Shown here: in pieces, positions 49,109 through 51,151 of the stretch | How the letters are laid out: each line of letters starts with the position of its first letter | How positions within the stretch are numbered: position 1 is the stretch's first letter | Assembly: GCF_001194135.2 (NCBI RefSeq) | Contig: NC_068993.1 | Span: 12,648,101 to 12,699,251, forward strand | Source: Octopus bimaculoides | Lineage: Eukaryota | DNA: 51,151 bases | Reading direction: 5' to 3' | Program-made: the position numbers and the translations under genes | The notes under the pieces: model-generated | What the model saw: only the letters and a program-made list of their open reading frames with translations | Databases searched by the model: none | What the model was told of the DNA's origin: nothing

Positions 49109-49578
49109 CTAGAAAACAAACAAAATCATAAGGAAAACGAAATAAACACGGGACACACTGGGCGTCAATGCGGTCTTTAGACAGTAGTGATAAGCCCCAG
49201 TCCGGTTTTCGTCTTATTGAATCTCATCAGCGTGTCATTAACTAACCAGAATTGCAAGAATGACTAATGAAAGAAATATAGGATTTTTATGAAGGAATAC
49301 AGAGTGGCGTTATAATGTAAATAAGAATTGCTGTGTTTGATAATGGCGCTTCATAAAGAATTATATTGATTTATCTCGTCAAAGTTTATCAGATCCAGAC
49401 CTGTGGCTAAGTACAGTACCTCGTGATATGATCAGGAAAAATCAAATATCGTTTTGATATGATCAGAAAATCAATTAGCAATTATATTGAAGCAAAGGCA
49501 TCGGAATTTTGTAGCAGAAGTGGAAGTGTGATGAAATATAGTTAAATACTTCTATAAGAGCAATTTTTTTCTTCTTTT

Positions 49579-49621
<43 letters not shown>

Positions 49622-49859
49622 AATCATCTTCTTGTTTCTCTTTCTCTCGTAGGTTTCAAACTTTTCATTACCGTGTAAGAACACTATAACAGTTCATAGA
49701 AAAAAACACACACACACATATATCACACACACAAATGCATACACACGCACGCATAGTATAAAATATTTAGCTATACAATTATATATATATATTAAGATAT
49801 CCATAAAATATTTGTTGTTGTTGTCGTTGTTGTTGCTAATATTACTACTACTACTATTA

Positions 49860-49905
<46 letters not shown>

Positions 49906-49910
49906 CAATT

Positions 49911-50119
49911 AGTGAGCTGGCAGAATCGTTAGAACGCCGAAAAGAATGCTTAGCAGTATTCCGCCCGTTTTAACGTTCTGAATTCAAATTCCGCCGAGGT
50001 CGACTTTGCCTTTCATCCTTTCAAGATTGATGAAGTAAGTATCTGTTACGCACTGGGGTCGATGTAATCGACTGGCTCCCTCTTACCAAAGTTCTTGCCT
50101 TGTGCCTATTGTACAAAGG
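49911..50119 (+). mobile_element. SINE family A between two (ATT)n tracts
   Basis: agtgagctggcagaatcgttagaacgccgaaaagaatgcttagcagtatt...tcaaattccgccgaggtcgactttgcctttcatcc...ggggtcgatgtaatcgact...ccttgtgcctattgtacaaagg(att)n. Confidence 0.9.
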
Positions 50120-50185
<66 letters not shown>

Positions 50186-50188
<3 letters not shown>

Positions 50189-50470
50189 TAGTTTTATTTT
50201 TATAACGTGCTTTCACTTCACAACCGAGCGCAGCTCTGTGTGCCTTGGGTGTGTGTTGTGGTTTGCTGTGATGCTCTTATGGTTACTGTATTAAAAGTGT
50301 TTTACGTAGAATGTGTGCAGTGCCTAGTAGTGCAATTTTCTGTAAGTTATATATACTTATTACTCCTGGTATTTTTGCTATATTTTTGTGTGAATGTTTT
50401 TTTTATCATACCTAATGCGCCAACTATAATAGGAATTGTTTCTGTTTTTAGATTCCACATTCGAGTTGTA
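50186..50470 (-). mobile_element. R4/Dong-clade LINE 3' terminus with (AAT)n tail
   Basis: Minus-strand TRMWNLKTETIPIIVGALGMIKK...AKIPGVISIYNLQKIALLGTAHILRKTLLIQ* (one frameshift), then a ~100-nt UTR ending aaaataaaactactgaataataat. Confidence 0.9.
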
Positions 50471-50600
50471 GTGTTGTGAGCTTTCTGAGTTTCATGTGTT
50501 TTGACGTGTCCTTTCCCATCTGCCAAAACTAGCCAGAACTCTAAGACTAACCAGAGCTACTGACGTTACACATTCAGCGGACAATATCTTTCTGATTGGT

Positions 50601-50808
50601 AAGGCAGCGAGCTAGCAAAATTTTTAGCACACCGGGCGAAATGCTTAACGGTAGTTAAGTTCTGAGTTCAAATTCCACCGAGTTCGTCTTTGCCTCTCAT
50701 CCTTCCTTTCGAGGTCGATAAAATAAGTACCGGTTGCTTACTGGGGTCGATGAAATTGACTGACCCCCACCACCCCAAAAATTTCGGGCCTTGTGCCTAG
50801 AGTAGAAA
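50601..50808 (+). mobile_element. SINE family A (tail variant ggccttgtgcctagagtagaaa)
   Basis: aaggcagcgagctagcaaaatttttagcacaccgggcgaaatgctt...ttctgagttcaaattccaccgag...ctggggtcgatgaaattgact. Confidence 0.88.
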
Positions 50809-50976
50809 ATAATATTTTTCTGATCGGTGCTTATATCTGCCAAACGATTAAAAATTATTATTTGCGCCATCTACAGCAACATCTGGAATCTATATTTGCA
50901 AATTTATTCTTAACAGGTCAAGGCAGTTTCAGACAGCAAATATGGTTAGAGGAACAATGTACGACTTCTATCTTAC

Positions 50977-51044
50977 GTGACAACACTGTGCTCAACACAC
51001 TTCTCTCATTACTGCATATTTTGCATCTGCAGCTTCCTAGACAA
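50977..51044 (-). other. Candidate 68-nt exon
   Basis: Acceptor tttatttatttattcttaag|T (pyrimidine tract is a (TTTA)n repeat), donor CAC|gtaaga. Confidence 0.3.
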
Positions 51045-51151
51045 CTTAAGAATAAATAAATAAATAAATAAATAAATAAATATACAAATATTCTGTTCAG
51101 ATCACCCTGTAGACGGTGCAAATAACGATTTTTCATATATATGTAGGTATA

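Overview
AT-rich, microsatellite-dense eukaryotic non-coding DNA with 19 N-gaps. The repeat families and gap pattern look like an octopus (coleoid cephalopod) draft assembly; this is my recognition, not a database result. No intact protein-coding gene, rRNA, bona fide tRNA or CRISPR array is supportable, and nearly all ORFs in the supplied track are artefacts of microsatellites or N-runs. The window is dominated by tRNA-derived SINEs of at least four families (called A-D here) and decayed non-LTR retrotransposon fragments: four R4/Dong-clade pieces, one RTE 3' end, one APE-endonuclease relic and one RT relic, all on the minus strand. The most notable observations are: (i) a tRNA-headed, SINE-like element carrying a minimal type I hammerhead ribozyme fold (34847-34892, minus); (ii) all four combinations of two SINE bodies x two SINE tails present in one window; (iii) R4-clade elements ending in two different microsatellites, (AAT)n and (TACA)n; (iv) several small exon candidates with good splice signals, suggesting the window is mostly intron of an unidentified gene.
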